Positions 27,421 to 39,964 of a stretch of DNA of 64,000 nt are shown here, one piece after another. Each line of letters begins with the position of its first letter. The first letter of the stretch is position 1. The stretch comes from an uncultured Ignavibacteriales bacterium (GTDB lineage Bacteria > Zixibacteria > MSB-5A5 > GN15 > FEB-12). The stretch is taken from the NCBI GenBank assembly GCA_964526835.1, contig CAZGMK010000002.1, positions 147,740 through 211,739 on the forward strand, in the 5' to 3' direction. The notes beneath the pieces are model-generated. The model searched no databases. It worked only from the letters and a program-made list of their open reading frames with translations, and was not told the origin of the DNA. A program made the translations under genes and the position numbers.

Positions 27421-28233
27421 CTATTTCTCCCCGCTCAGGATGATCGGCAGACTGCCGGCGTCATTACCCACAACGACAATCTTGGTATTGGGAGACTCGG
27501 CGATCTTCATCGTTGCTTCAATGCCTTTCCATTTAAGCAGAGAGGAAGTGATGCCTGCGCTCACAATCTGCTGGAAATCGGAGATTCCTTTCGCCTCGAT
27601 CCGCTTGCGCTCGGCCTCGAGTCTCTCCTTCTCGATGGTGAACTGCATTCGCTGCGCTTCCTGATCGGCGGTCAGTTTGAAGTTGATTGCCTGCGAAATC
27701 TCGGGTGGGATCTTCACATCGCGAATCAGCACCTTCTCCACCCGGATGAACTTATCCTTCATGGCCTCACGGAGCTCTCCCTCGATGGAGTCATTGACCT
27801 CTTCGCGTTTTGTCGAGTAGATCTCTTCCGGCTTATACCGCCCGGCGACGGCCCTCGCAATCCCGCGTATCGATGGCGCAATCGCGACGTTATAATAGTT
27901 CGGACCGATCTTGACTTGCAGCGAATCCAGTCTGTCCGCTATGGGTCGATAGAGTATCGAAACCTCCAGACCAATCGTGGCCCCATCGGACGACAATACG
28001 GTCAGGTCTTCTTTCTTCTCATGAAGCTGGACCTGGTAAACGAACATGTTATTCCAGGGCAGATGCCAGGAGAATCCCTCCGGATAGACCTTTCCCATCT
28101 CGGTGCCATCGCCGAATTTGTAGTAGAAGACACCTCGGTGACCCGAGGGAATCTGGGTGCCGCATCCGGCCATCCCGGAGATAAAAGCCGCCAGGATCAG
28201 CAGCGGCAGCAGCTTCGCAATCTGGGTACGCAT
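27421..28233 (-). CDS. SPFH/band-7 (prohibitin/HflC-like) membrane protein
   Basis: N-terminal anchor with lipobox-like AGC, SPFH core (VLSSDGATIGLEVSILYR...), coiled-coil tail EAQRMQFTIEKERLEAERKRIEAKGI. Confidence 0.8.
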   Translation of the reverse strand: MRTQIAKLLPLLILAAFISGMAGCGTQIPSGHRGVFYYKFGDGTEMGKVYPEGFSWHLPWNNMFVYQVQLHEKKEDLTVLSSDGATIGLEVSILYRPIADRLDSLQVKIGPNYYNVAIAPSIRGIARAVAGRYKPEEIYSTKREEVNDSIEGELREAMKDKFIRVEKVLIRDVKIPPEISQAINFKLTADQEAQRMQFTIEKERLEAERKRIEAKGISDFQQIVSAGITSSLLKWKGIEATMKIAESPNTKIVVVGNDAGSLPIILSGEK

Positions 28234-28393
28234 GAAACCTCCTTGTCACGATATTCAGTGTAGCGCGGTTTATATCACTTTCACGGGCTTTGCATTATCG
28301 TACAATACCACGAAAAGGGTCTGCAATTCAACAACTAATCGAGAAATCGAACTGTGGTTCTATGACGGTTGCACAGAGGGGAAATCGGGTGAA

Positions 28394-29359
28394 TCAGCGG
28401 AAGTAGCGGTATGGGGCAACCCACACGGATCCGTAGCGATCGGGGGAGCGCCGCTCCTGAAACAGTATCAGGTGATAATGATCGCCCGAGGCAATCGGAA
28501 CGACGAGGGTGTCGCGATAGGTGGCGGGCGTAGGATGACTCATACAGTCGACTTCCCAGCCGCCATCCGTTCTGCTCGTCATGAGCGTGTAGACCGTCCC
28601 GGTCTCATTGGCTCCGTCCCAGTTCTCTCCCCGGATGATCAATGTGTCACCCGGATCCGGGCGGGCGATCTCGGCCAGGTCGATGTATTCGAACTCGGTC
28701 CTGTGAGCGATGGTCTCAGTGATGACAACACTGTCGCCATAGCCGCCCAGACTGTCAAGTATCTTCCTCTGATAGTAGGTAAGATAGCGATAGTGGTCAT
28801 GGTCCAGCCCATCGACTCGGAACGACAACCCATCGCCGCTTCGGGCAACCATAGTTCCGGCCCTCGGGATGCCACCATGGAACCCGTGCAGCACCCACCC
28901 TGAGAAAGCCTGTCTATGAGGGCTTCCCAATTGCAGAAAGAAACCGACTCGGGTCAGCGCCCGCCATTCGAAAGTGGTATCCACTGTCTCTGGTGTAGTG
29001 CGCTCGGTCCTGATGAGGAATTCATCAATAACGATAACTTCGGCGTGCGGCGCCGGTCCCTGGATGTCTATGAAATCGCCGTCGGCCTCGCCCTCGATGT
29101 AGATACTGCGGATAGTGGAGTCGACGAAATCCCGGTATACGCCGATGCTGTCGTTTGGCTTGGTGTAGGGATTGGCGGGAAACAGACTGTCGGTTCTGAA
29201 AAGTTCCTTCGCTCGCGGCTCCTGATGAATATACGCTCGCAACTCGGCGTTGTCGTCGAAGTCGTAAACATCGCGCTTGACATCGCACCCCATCCCGATC
29301 AGGCACAGGAGACTGATCATCACGACGGTCGGAACTGAAAGCCTGGCTGGTCTGCTCAT
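28394..29359 (-). CDS. Hypothetical lipoprotein
   Basis: Signal peptide with lipobox (LLCLIGMGC). No family recognised. Confidence 0.6.
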   Translation of the reverse strand: MSRPARLSVPTVVMISLLCLIGMGCDVKRDVYDFDDNAELRAYIHQEPRAKELFRTDSLFPANPYTKPNDSIGVYRDFVDSTIRSIYIEGEADGDFIDIQGPAPHAEVIVIDEFLIRTERTTPETVDTTFEWRALTRVGFFLQLGSPHRQAFSGWVLHGFHGGIPRAGTMVARSGDGLSFRVDGLDHDHYRYLTYYQRKILDSLGGYGDSVVITETIAHRTEFEYIDLAEIARPDPGDTLIIRGENWDGANETGTVYTLMTSRTDGGWEVDCMSHPTPATYRDTLVVPIASGDHYHLILFQERRSPDRYGSVWVAPYRYFR

Positions 29360-29389
29360 GTTTCCATCCTCAAAACAATATACGCCGTT

Positions 29390-31450
<2,061 letters not shown>

Positions 31451-31741
31451 CGCCTTATAAACGAATGAGGCTGTAATATATCCAATGATCCGGCTGATTC
31501 AACCACAATCGCGGCGTGGCTGCAATCGGTGTGAGACTGGCCGGGACGCTTTAGCTTCCTGGCCGGCAGGCGCCGGCCCGCGGGAACCCTCCTGCATCTG
31601 GTTGGTGTAAGGTTGCAATTGCCTGGCCGGTGGAAGCCCTGCGGCTCCCGTGAGAATTGCCTTGACTATTGTCGGGCAGGAGTTACTTTACTGGGCTTAA
31701 GCCCAAGCTGGTTAACGAGTTTTGTAAGCTGGAGAAAACCT
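31451..31741. promoter_or_regulatory. Divergent promoter region uvrB / rplU (may include an rplU leader)
   Basis: 291 bp ORF-free. Contains the perfect 12-nt palindrome gggcttaagccc about 45 nt upstream of the rplU ATG. Confidence 0.4.
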
Positions 31742-32062
31742 ATGTACGCCGTGTTTCAACTGTCCGGATTCCAATATACGGTTTCCGAAGGCGATGTGAT
31801 TCGCGTCCCTAGACAAGCCGCCGAAAAGGGCGGGGCGCTGGATATATCTGAGGTCCTGTTGGTTAAGGACGGCGAGAGTGCGCTTGTCGGCCGACCGTTC
31901 GTCGATGATGCCAGGATAGAGGCCGAAGTGCTGGGTGAGGGTAAGGACGACAAAGTTCTGATCTATAAGTATAAGCGCCGCACCAAATACCGTCGGCGAC
32001 AGGGTCATCGTCAGGATTACACCGAGCTGAAGATTAACCGGATCGTCGTGCCGCAGGTCTAA
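31742..32062 (+). CDS. rplU: 50S ribosomal protein L21
   Basis: MYAVFQLSGFQYTVSEGDVIRV...KYKRRTKYRRRQGHRQ. GGAG lies 8 nt upstream of ATG 31742, and the ORF-track extension to 31613 is rejected. Confidence 0.9.
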   Translation: MYAVFQLSGFQYTVSEGDVIRVPRQAAEKGGALDISEVLLVKDGESALVGRPFVDDARIEAEVLGEGKDDKVLIYKYKRRTKYRRRQGHRQDYTELKINRIVVPQV

Positions 32063-32081
32063 CCACTAACCGGAGGATCAG

Positions 32082-34553
32082 GTGACCTTCAGAGCACGGA
32101 CGGCTCTAACTGTACTCTGTGTCTTTATCTGTCTGAGCGCCGCCACAGGTGCAGCCCAGGAAAACTATCGGGTTGTGGACATCGTGGTTGAGGGCAACCG
32201 CATCGCCACGGAATCGCTCATAATGGGGGTCTCCTCCCTCCAGGTCGGATCCGACCTTACCCCCACCGCGGTCGCCGAGACGGTTCGGCGCCTGTACGGA
32301 TTGGGGATCTTCTCCGACGTCAGAATTGAGGCCGAGGCGGTTACCGGCGGCCTCCAGGTCTATCTGGTGGTAAAAGAACTACCTAAACTGGTCGCCCTGG
32401 AGTTCGACGGCAACGACAAAATAGACACCAAGGACCTGGTCAAGAAGCTCGGGCTGGGCGTCGGCGGATATATCTCACCCTATTTGATTCATCAGAAGCA
32501 ACAGCAGATTCGTGAGATGTACGCCGCAAAGGGCTACTTCCAGGCCGAGGTTACTCCGGAACTTGATTACAGCGTCGACTCGACCGAAGCGCGCCTGACT
32601 TACCACATAAAGGAGCATTCGAAAGTCAAAGTCGAGAAAGTCGTCCTGACCGGCAACGAGCGCATAGACGACGGCGACCTGATAGGCAAGATGCGCAATC
32701 GCAAGCGGGGCTGGCTGCGCTCGAGTGATTTCGCCCAGGATGAATACGAAGACGACCTGGGAAAGATCGTCCAAGAGGCCCACAAGCGTGGATTCATCGA
32801 CGCATACATTGTCGACGATTCGATTGCCATTGATTCGCTGCGTAACCGTATGACGATTTTCATCGAGATGCACGAAGGGCCTCGGTATTACTTCGGGGAT
32901 GTCACCTTTGAGGGCAACGAGAAGTACCCTGATGAGGGTATGCGCCAGATGCTCAAATTCAGCACCGGCGAAGTCTTCGACACGGAAGATTACGTGAAGA
33001 CACTGGATGAGATGCAGAGCGCCTACTGGGAGATCGGTCACCTGCATGCCCGGATTGTCGACCAGCGCCGCACCCGTAATGACTCCATCATCGACATAAC
33101 GTACCAGATTAACGAGGGACTGCCCTCTCACGTCAACATGGTGCGTATCGTCGGCAACTACAAAACGAAAGAGAAAGTCATCCGCCGGGAGATATCGATG
33201 CTTCCGGGAATGGTCTTCAATCAATCGTTGCTGATTCGGTCGGTCCGTGACTGCATGGCCCTCAATTACTTTGAAAGCGTTGTCCCGACCCCTCTGGAGC
33301 TGCCCAGTGGTGATGTCGACTTGGAATTCGAGATCAAGGAGAAGCGCACTGGTGAGATCATGGCGGGGGCGGGCTACAACTCCATCGATAAGTTGGTAGG
33401 CAACGTGGGACTGGGTATACCCAACTTCCGCGGCGAGGGCCAGAGCGTGTCGCTGAATTTGCAGTTCGGCGGCCAGTATAATTCGTTCTCGCTGTCATTC
33501 ACGGAACCCTGGCTGTTCGGTCGTCCCACTCTCCTCGGCGTGTCGGCCTATACAACCAATCGCAACTGGTATAGTGAATACACCGAGGGTCGCCAGGGCG
33601 GATCCATCCGCCTCGGACGCCGTCTGCGCTGGCCCGACAACTACTTCCGACTTTACGGCTCCTATGCTCTGGAACGCAACCGCTTCTACGACTTCGACGA
33701 TGCCTTCATCGCCAGCGCCTCTTACAAGTCGTCCTACTGGTACGACTCCGAGAATGACGAAGATCCGTATGACCTCTTGCTGGCTCAGCGAACCTACGAC
33801 GTTTACCCCGGATCGATCGTGGCGTACGACGAGGAGTGGCTGACTTCTTCGCGCCTGTCATTCACCATTAGACGCGACTCCCGGAACCTGCCGGAGTTTG
33901 CGTCGTCCGGCTCGATTCTATCGTACACGTTCTCCAACACCGGCGGCGTGCTGGGAGGATTCTGGCACTACCAGAAGCATGAACTCCAGGTGGCCAAGTT
34001 CATTCCGCTGTTCTGGAAGTTCTCGCTGGCAGCCAAGGTCCAGTACGGTGTCGTGACGTCACCCTCGGGCGATGATCATATTCTCATCTCCGACCGATTC
34101 ACACCAGGCGGCACCGACTTCGACGGGACAGTGCGCGGTTACGACGGAGGCTCACTGACGCCGGACTCGCTGGTCAGGGCTTCGGATACCGCCTTCTTCT
34201 ACACCGACAGGGACGCCCTGATCGGTGTCGACCCGCCGGATGACACGCTCTTCAATGTCTACACCGCAAGGGTGCGCGGCAAGTACATGCTGATCGGGAA
34301 CCTCGAGATACAGATACCAATAGCCGAACGCCAGGTTTATGGCCTGCTGTTCTTTGATGCCGGTAATTCTTGGCTGCACCGAAGCGACATCAAACCCCTG
34401 ACCGGGCTGTATAAGGGAGTCGGAGCCGGTTTCCGAATATTGGTGCCCGGAATCGGGACAATAGGCTTTGACTTCGGTTACGCCCTTGACGAATACCGCA
34501 ACCAGGGTAAGGGCTGGAAACCGCACTTCCAGATCGGAACCACGTTCCGCTGA
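32082..34553 (+). CDS. bamA: Outer membrane protein assembly factor BamA
   Basis: Signal peptide, repeated POTRA-like segments, Omp85 C-terminal barrel ending HFQIGTTFR. GTG start with GGAGGA. Confidence 0.9.
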   Translation: MTFRARTALTVLCVFICLSAATGAAQENYRVVDIVVEGNRIATESLIMGVSSLQVGSDLTPTAVAETVRRLYGLGIFSDVRIEAEAVTGGLQVYLVVKELPKLVALEFDGNDKIDTKDLVKKLGLGVGGYISPYLIHQKQQQIREMYAAKGYFQAEVTPELDYSVDSTEARLTYHIKEHSKVKVEKVVLTGNERIDDGDLIGKMRNRKRGWLRSSDFAQDEYEDDLGKIVQEAHKRGFIDAYIVDDSIAIDSLRNRMTIFIEMHEGPRYYFGDVTFEGNEKYPDEGMRQMLKFSTGEVFDTEDYVKTLDEMQSAYWEIGHLHARIVDQRRTRNDSIIDITYQINEGLPSHVNMVRIVGNYKTKEKVIRREISMLPGMVFNQSLLIRSVRDCMALNYFESVVPTPLELPSGDVDLEFEIKEKRTGEIMAGAGYNSIDKLVGNVGLGIPNFRGEGQSVSLNLQFGGQYNSFSLSFTEPWLFGRPTLLGVSAYTTNRNWYSEYTEGRQGGSIRLGRRLRWPDNYFRLYGSYALERNRFYDFDDAFIASASYKSSYWYDSENDEDPYDLLLAQRTYDVYPGSIVAYDEEWLTSSRLSFTIRRDSRNLPEFASSGSILSYTFSNTGGVLGGFWHYQKHELQVAKFIPLFWKFSLAAKVQYGVVTSPSGDDHILISDRFTPGGTDFDGTVRGYDGGSLTPDSLVRASDTAFFYTDRDALIGVDPPDDTLFNVYTARVRGKYMLIGNLEIQIPIAERQVYGLLFFDAGNSWLHRSDIKPLTGLYKGVGAGFRILVPGIGTIGFDFGYALDEYRNQGKGWKPHFQIGTTFR

Positions 34554-34593
34554 AGAAGAAGAGATGCAATATGTGTTCTGATAGGAGAAAGCC

Positions 34594-35130
34594 ATGAAAT
34601 ATGTGAAGATGCTTGCGCTGGCTGTCATTTTTGGAGCTCTTGTACAGGCAGCCCTGCCGTACCCGGCACAGGCCCAGGGTCTCAAGATGGGATTCGTCCA
34701 GGACGAGCGCATCAAGACCGAGTACTCGGCCTGGCAAAAGGCCCAGGAAGACTGGCAACTGGAGAACAAGGTCTGGGAAGAAGAAGCGATGAACCTGGAG
34801 GAGGAACTTGAGGAACTGCAAACCGAATTCGAGAAGCAGAAACTCATCCTGTCTGAAGAGAAGCGCCGAGAGAAGGAGCTGATCATTCAGACCAAGAAGG
34901 AATCGCTGGATGATTTCACGCGCAAGATATACGGCCCGCGCGGAACCGCCGAGCGCAAGTACGAGCAACTGATAACGCCGCTGCTGGATAATGTCACCAG
35001 AGCGATCGAGGCAGTCGCAGTCGAAGAAGACTACGATGTCGTCTTCACGATGCAGAGCGGTCTGGGCTACATAAAAGAGCAGTATGATATAACCGACAAG
35101 GTCCTGCGCAAACTTGATGAGATCGAATAG
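34594..35130 (+). CDS. skp: OmpH/Skp family periplasmic chaperone
   Basis: Signal peptide, charged coiled-coil body, position between bamA and lpxD. Confidence 0.8.
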   Translation: MKYVKMLALAVIFGALVQAALPYPAQAQGLKMGFVQDERIKTEYSAWQKAQEDWQLENKVWEEEAMNLEEELEELQTEFEKQKLILSEEKRREKELIIQTKKESLDDFTRKIYGPRGTAERKYEQLITPLLDNVTRAIEAVAVEEDYDVVFTMQSGLGYIKEQYDITDKVLRKLDEIE

Positions 35131-36151
35131 CGGCAGACCTCTAAGGCTGGGACGGATCGCTGAAGCCATTGGCGCCCGTCTTGAGGGCGACAGCGGCATC
35201 GTGATAGAGAGGGCGGCGCCAATCGCGTCCGCAGGCGCAGGCGAGCTCACTTTTCTGGCTAATCCGAAATACGCCCCCTTGCTCAGGTCAACTCGGGCAT
35301 CAGCGGTCATCCTGGATGTCGAGACGCATTGCGAGCGTTGCGCCGTTCTGCGTCATGACAACCCCTATCTCGCCTTCGCCCGGGCGCTTGACCTTATCTA
35401 CTCCGATCAGCCGATGGTTGCGGCGGGAATCGACAAGAACGCAGTGGTCGAGGACGGCGCCGGCATCGACAGCAGCGCCGCCATCGGCCCGCTATGCCAT
35501 ATTCGTACCGGGGCCACGATTGGATCGGGGACCCAACTGGTGTCGTCGGTTTTTGTCGGGCGCCGGGCCAGTATCGGCAGGAACTGCATCATCTATCCCG
35601 GTGTCCGGATAATGGACGGATGTTCACTCGGCGATAATGTAATCGTCCACTCTTCAACTGTGATCGGATCCGACGGCTTTGGATTCGCCTCCGGCGAGCA
35701 CGAGCTGAAAAAGGTGCGCCAGGTCGGCTGGGTGGAGGTCGGGGACGATGTCGAGATCGGATCGAACGTGTCGATTGATAGAGGAGCTCTCGGCCCTACT
35801 CGAATCGGGCGCGGCACCAAGATCGACAACCTTGTACAGGTTGCTCACAATGTTGAGATCGGCGAGCACTGCGTCGTCGTGGCCCAGGTCGGAATATCGG
35901 GTTCTACGAGGGTGGGCAGTGGTGTCCAGATGGCCGGCCAGGTGGGCGTGGTGGGTCACGTCGAGATCGGCGATGGAGTTCGGATCGGGGCCCAGTCGGG
36001 AGTATCCGGCTCGATTGCGCCCGGTATGTCGGTCTTCGGATCTCCGGCGCGCGAGGCGAAGCGAGCCATGCGTGAGACGGCTGCCATCAACCGTCTGCCG
36101 GAACTCCTGAAACGGGTTCGCGCCCTTGAGAAGAGGCTCGCCGAGGACTAG
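35114..36151 (+). CDS. lpxD: UDP-3-O-acylglucosamine N-acyltransferase
   Basis: N-terminal LpxD domain (LTFLANPKY), then long left-handed beta-helix hexapeptide repeats. Confidence 0.9.
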   Translation: MMRSNSGRPLRLGRIAEAIGARLEGDSGIVIERAAPIASAGAGELTFLANPKYAPLLRSTRASAVILDVETHCERCAVLRHDNPYLAFARALDLIYSDQPMVAAGIDKNAVVEDGAGIDSSAAIGPLCHIRTGATIGSGTQLVSSVFVGRRASIGRNCIIYPGVRIMDGCSLGDNVIVHSSTVIGSDGFGFASGEHELKKVRQVGWVEVGDDVEIGSNVSIDRGALGPTRIGRGTKIDNLVQVAHNVEIGEHCVVVAQVGISGSTRVGSGVQMAGQVGVVGHVEIGDGVRIGAQSGVSGSIAPGMSVFGSPAREAKRAMRETAAINRLPELLKRVRALEKRLAED

Positions 36152-36717
36152 GTGACCAGCTTCCGATGAATCTCGGCGATTTTGTGGAAGTTCCTCTCCA
36201 CCAGTTCAACATTGCGCCGAACCTCATCAAGGTCTCTCCTGGCGGCCGCTAATCGGATGGCTTCCAGATAATCCCACTGGGCCCGGTCCATCAGCTTCCA
36301 TCTCGCTACCACATTCGACAGTTCACCCAACGCGCAGTTGAGCTCTCGCCCCAATTGGCCCATCTGCTCATTGTGCTGAGGTACCTTGATCCGTGTGGCC
36401 AGGTCACCGGCCGCCATCTCGCGCAATCGCAGCTCAATGGCGCCGGCAGCCGCCGGCAACTTCAACCAGGGCCATACCATCAGGATGCCGACCGAGGTCA
36501 CCGACGCCACCGCCGCCGAGATCATGTACGGTGTCAGGGTGACAGCGGCCAGCTCAAGGGTGCTGTAGAAGCCAACCGAATCCTCGGTGCGAACAATCCC
36601 GTTGAAGAATGTGATTACTGCTCCCGACACGATCAGCGCCGCTCCGGCCATGAGCGCCACTGAGTAATACGGGCGAGTACAATCCGTCGAAGATGCCGCG
36701 GGCGAACCATGAGTCAT
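36148..36717 (-). CDS. Membrane protein with HAMP domain and coiled coil, no output domain
   Basis: Two TM helices, HAMP-like LREMAAGDLATRIKVPQHNEQMGQLGRELNCALGEL, helical tail. Confidence 0.55.
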   Translation of the reverse strand: MTHGSPAASSTDCTRPYYSVALMAGAALIVSGAVITFFNGIVRTEDSVGFYSTLELAAVTLTPYMISAAVASVTSVGILMVWPWLKLPAAAGAIELRLREMAAGDLATRIKVPQHNEQMGQLGRELNCALGELSNVVARWKLMDRAQWDYLEAIRLAAARRDLDEVRRNVELVERNFHKIAEIHRKLVT

Positions 36718-36838
36718 CGCAGTCCCTCATCATTTTGTGAATCAGGATATGCGAATGTCCTGCCGGATCGGCGGGATGTCGCGGATTGCAGCTTAAGTTG
36801 CTGTTATGCAAAGAGATGGATCACTCCGGACGCAGCCT

Positions 36839-36872
36839 ATCAGAAACCCCGCCGGACCAGCCCTGCGGGGCC
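36839..36872 (-). terminator. Rho-independent terminator of ssb
   Basis: Minus strand CCCCGC-AGGGCUGGUCCG-GCGGGG followed by UUUCUGAU. Confidence 0.6.
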
Positions 36873-36899
36873 TCTGAACAGTATCTGTTTCAGAATGAA

Positions 36900-37337
36900 T
36901 CAGAACGGCAAATCGTCATCCTCGGAGGCTTCCCCCTGCGGCGGAAGGGGCTCCTGCTCATCGGGGGGGCCGGATGGACCGGACGATGGTCTGCCCTGGC
37001 CTGAGTCGCCCCGATCGCCCAGGAAGGTGAAGTTCTCGACCACCACCTCGGAGATCCATCGCTTGTTGCCGTCTTTGTCCTCGTAGGAGCGGTTGGATAT
37101 GCGTCCTTCGACGAACAATTGCCGTCCCTTGCTCATGTACTCCTTGATCACTTCGGCCTGACGGCCCCAGGCTACGACATTGTGCCAGGTAGTCTCCGAT
37201 TGCGGCTGGCCATCTTGACTCTTCCAGCGCCTGTCGGTAGCCAGCGGAAAACTGGCCACGGCGCGACCGTTTGGAGTGTAGCGAAGTTCGGGGTCTTTGC
37301 CCAATCGTCCCACCAGGATTGCTTTGTTAACGCTCAT
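36900..37337 (-). CDS. ssb: Single-stranded DNA-binding protein
   Basis: MSVNKAILVGRLGKDPELRYTPNGRAVASF OB-fold start, Gly/Pro-rich linker, acidic tip DDDLPF. Confidence 0.95.
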   Translation of the reverse strand: MSVNKAILVGRLGKDPELRYTPNGRAVASFPLATDRRWKSQDGQPQSETTWHNVVAWGRQAEVIKEYMSKGRQLFVEGRISNRSYEDKDGNKRWISEVVVENFTFLGDRGDSGQGRPSSGPSGPPDEQEPLPPQGEASEDDDLPF

Positions 37338-37508
37338 GTCCGTCTCATCCCTTGAGTGAAGAATTCAGTGCCGCCATTATAGTCCACCGCTGACGCACTG
37401 TCAAGAGGATCAGTTTCACATACTGCTGTCCGCGCCGTCGTGGGAACATTTAGCTTGATGAGCCTCTTCTGATAGCATATCGTAAACGACGCCGGTAAGG
37501 AAAGCTTC

Positions 37509-38318
37509 ATGGATCAGCGTATCAACATCGAGAAGACTCTCACCACGATCAAACGATTCCTGTCCGGAAAACTCATGCGGGCAGCGGCCAGGGGCTATGT
37601 GGTCGGGCTGTCGGGAGGTATAGATTCGGCTCTGGCGACTGCGCTGGCCGTAGAGGCCGTCGGCGCCGACAGGGTCCTGGCCCTGATCATGCCGTATCGA
37701 CTATCATCCGCCGACTCGGTCGACCACGCCAGGCTGCTGGCTGAGCAGCTTCGCATCGAACACCGGGAAGTTGACATTTCCCCTATGATCGACGCCTATT
37801 TCGAGAAGATCGACGAAAGCAGCCAGGTCCGGGCCGGCAACAAAATGGCTCGCGAGCGCATGTCGATTCTCTTCGATGTCTCGCACGAGACAGAAACACT
37901 GGTGCTCGGGACCAGCAACCGCTCCGAGATTTGCCTGGGGTACACCACGTGGTACGGAGACTCGGCCTGCTCGCTCAACCCGATTGCAGAGCTCTACAAA
38001 TCAGAGGTGCGCCTCATGGCGCGTCATCTTGGGATACCGGAGCCGATCTTGTCCAAACCCCCATCGGCCGACTTGTGGGCGAATCAGACCGACGAGGGAG
38101 AGATAGGGGTCACTTACGACACCATCGACGGCATACTCAGGCTCGTTGTGGACCAGGGTGTAAAATCGATCAGCGAGCTGGAACAGCACGGTTTTGCGGC
38201 AACCGATGTCAGCCGGGTGGTTTCCATGATGAACCGCAACGCCTTCAAACGCCGACTGCCGGAGGTCGCGCCGCTGGAAAAGCCGCCGATTCCCGATGAC
38301 ATCGTGCTCGTCGAGTAA
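37509..38318 (+). CDS. nadE: NH3-dependent NAD+ synthetase
   Basis: PP-loop GLSGGIDSA and size. Confidence 0.85.
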   Translation: MDQRINIEKTLTTIKRFLSGKLMRAAARGYVVGLSGGIDSALATALAVEAVGADRVLALIMPYRLSSADSVDHARLLAEQLRIEHREVDISPMIDAYFEKIDESSQVRAGNKMARERMSILFDVSHETETLVLGTSNRSEICLGYTTWYGDSACSLNPIAELYKSEVRLMARHLGIPEPILSKPPSADLWANQTDEGEIGVTYDTIDGILRLVVDQGVKSISELEQHGFAATDVSRVVSMMNRNAFKRRLPEVAPLEKPPIPDDIVLVE

Positions 38319-38328
38319 GGGGCAGATC

Positions 38329-39051
38329 ATGACTGATAGCGCAGGGAAGCTATACCTGGTGCCGACGCCGATAGGAAATCTGGAGGACATCACCGAGCGC
38401 GCGCTCGGCATCCTGCGCCAGGTGGACCTGATCGCATGCGAGGACACACGTCACAGCGGGAAGCTGCTGAAGACCTTCTCCATCGACAAGCCGCTCACTT
38501 CCTACCACGAGCTCAATGAGCGCGCGCGCGCCGAAGCGATCGCCGAGCGTATTCGCAAAGGTGATTCAGTAGCCGTAATCACCGATGCCGGCTCGCCGGG
38601 AATAAGCGATCCGGCTTACCGCGTGGTGCGGGCGGCCCTTGACATGAATATTGACGTCACGGCCTTGCCGGGGCCATCGGCGCTCCTGCCGGCGTTGACT
38701 GCCTCCGGCCTGCCCACCGATCGCTTCTTCTTTGAGGGTTTTCTGCCACCTAAAGGTGCAGCTAGAAGAAACCGGCTGGAGCAGTTGGCGGACTTTGCAC
38801 ATACGATGGTCTTCTACGAATCACCCCATCGCACGGTCAAGACTCTCACCGATATGCATGAAATGCTGGGCAACCGCCCCGCCTGCCTCGCTCGAGAAAT
38901 CAGCAAGAGGTTCGAGGAGTATGTCCGTGGTAACCTCCGAGAAGTGCTTGAACGGCTGGAGGGGAAGCGGATGCGTGGTGAGATCGTGCTCGTGATAGCC
39001 GGCAAGGCTTACAGCGACAAACTGGCTCGACGGGAGCAGGATGATGGCTGA
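38329..39051 (+). CDS. rsmI: 16S rRNA (cytidine1402-2'-O)-methyltransferase
   Basis: LYLVPTPIGNLEDIT, ACEDTRHSGKLL and FYESPHR motifs. Start at ATG 38329. Confidence 0.85.
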   Translation: MTDSAGKLYLVPTPIGNLEDITERALGILRQVDLIACEDTRHSGKLLKTFSIDKPLTSYHELNERARAEAIAERIRKGDSVAVITDAGSPGISDPAYRVVRAALDMNIDVTALPGPSALLPALTASGLPTDRFFFEGFLPPKGAARRNRLEQLADFAHTMVFYESPHRTVKTLTDMHEMLGNRPACLAREISKRFEEYVRGNLREVLERLEGKRMRGEIVLVIAGKAYSDKLARREQDDG

Positions 39052-39964
39052 GCGGAAGGCGATTACGTGGTATCCCTTCGACAAGCTGACTGCCGGCTAT
39101 TCGCTGCTCATGGTTGTCATCCTGCTGATGCTGGGAAGACCCCTGTCGATGTACATCGATGAAGTCGTCTTCTATCTGGGCACCGCCAGCCTTAGTCTCG
39201 TTGTAGTGCACTACTTCGATGAACGCCGCGGCGGCCTGATCCGTCTGGTGCGGATGCTCTACCCCGTCATGCTCTTCACCCTTTTCTATCGCATCACCGG
39301 CGGGATCATGTTTCTGTTGTTTGATCGTTTCTTTGATCCCGAGTTAACCGCGCTGGAACTGTCCATCTTTGGTGTCCACCCGACTTTGTACATCGATCGC
39401 CACTGGCTGCATCCGGCCATCAGCGAGTTCGTATTGATGGCCTACTTTGTGTATTACTTCATGATACTCGCCTGGGTTGTGTCGGTCTATCTTCGCGGTG
39501 ATTTTGACATCATCAAGAGCTCTGTGACGGCGTTCTGCGCCATATTCTTCGCTTCGTATTTGCTGTTTTGGCTATTCCCGATCGAGGGTCCGCGGTGGTT
39601 CTTCGCCGACCGATACCTGCACGATGTCGCCAGTCCGGTCGCTCGCCAGTTGACTCAATTCGTGATACACAATGCCGCAGTGCGCGGAGGCTGTATGCCC
39701 TCCTCCCATTTCGCCATCGCCGTCTCGATACAGATGTACGCTTTCAGGTTCTACCGCCGTCTCGGATGGGTGCTCTTGCCGATCGTACTGGGGCTCGGCG
39801 TCGGGACATTCTGGGGGCGGTACCATTATATCTCCGACACTATCGTCGGGGGCCTCATAGGGATCCTGTTGACGTTAGTTGTGTGGCGCCTCTATCCTAT
39901 TAAAACAACGGGGCGTCCGAAACAAGAGAGGGTTCCGACCCTGGTGAAGAACCATGTGTCCTGA
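39041..39964 (+). CDS. PAP2 superfamily membrane phosphatase/transferase-like protein
   Basis: Multi-TM protein with PSSH and GRYHYISD (SxH / RxxxxxHxxxD-type PAP2 motifs). Confidence 0.6.
   Translation: MMAERKAITWYPFDKLTAGYSLLMVVILLMLGRPLSMYIDEVVFYLGTASLSLVVVHYFDERRGGLIRLVRMLYPVMLFTLFYRITGGIMFLLFDRFFDPELTALELSIFGVHPTLYIDRHWLHPAISEFVLMAYFVYYFMILAWVVSVYLRGDFDIIKSSVTAFCAIFFASYLLFWLFPIEGPRWFFADRYLHDVASPVARQLTQFVIHNAAVRGGCMPSSHFAIAVSIQMYAFRFYRRLGWVLLPIVLGLGVGTFWGRYHYISDTIVGGLIGILLTLVVWRLYPIKTTGRPKQERVPTLVKNHVS

Noticed and set aside
34152-35310. Minus-strand ORFs 34152..34886 and 34390..35310 (244 and 306 aa).
   Set aside because: They are antisense shadows of the bamA 3' end, skp and the lpxD 5' end. 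Their translations are low-complexity (Ser/Leu/Arg-rich).
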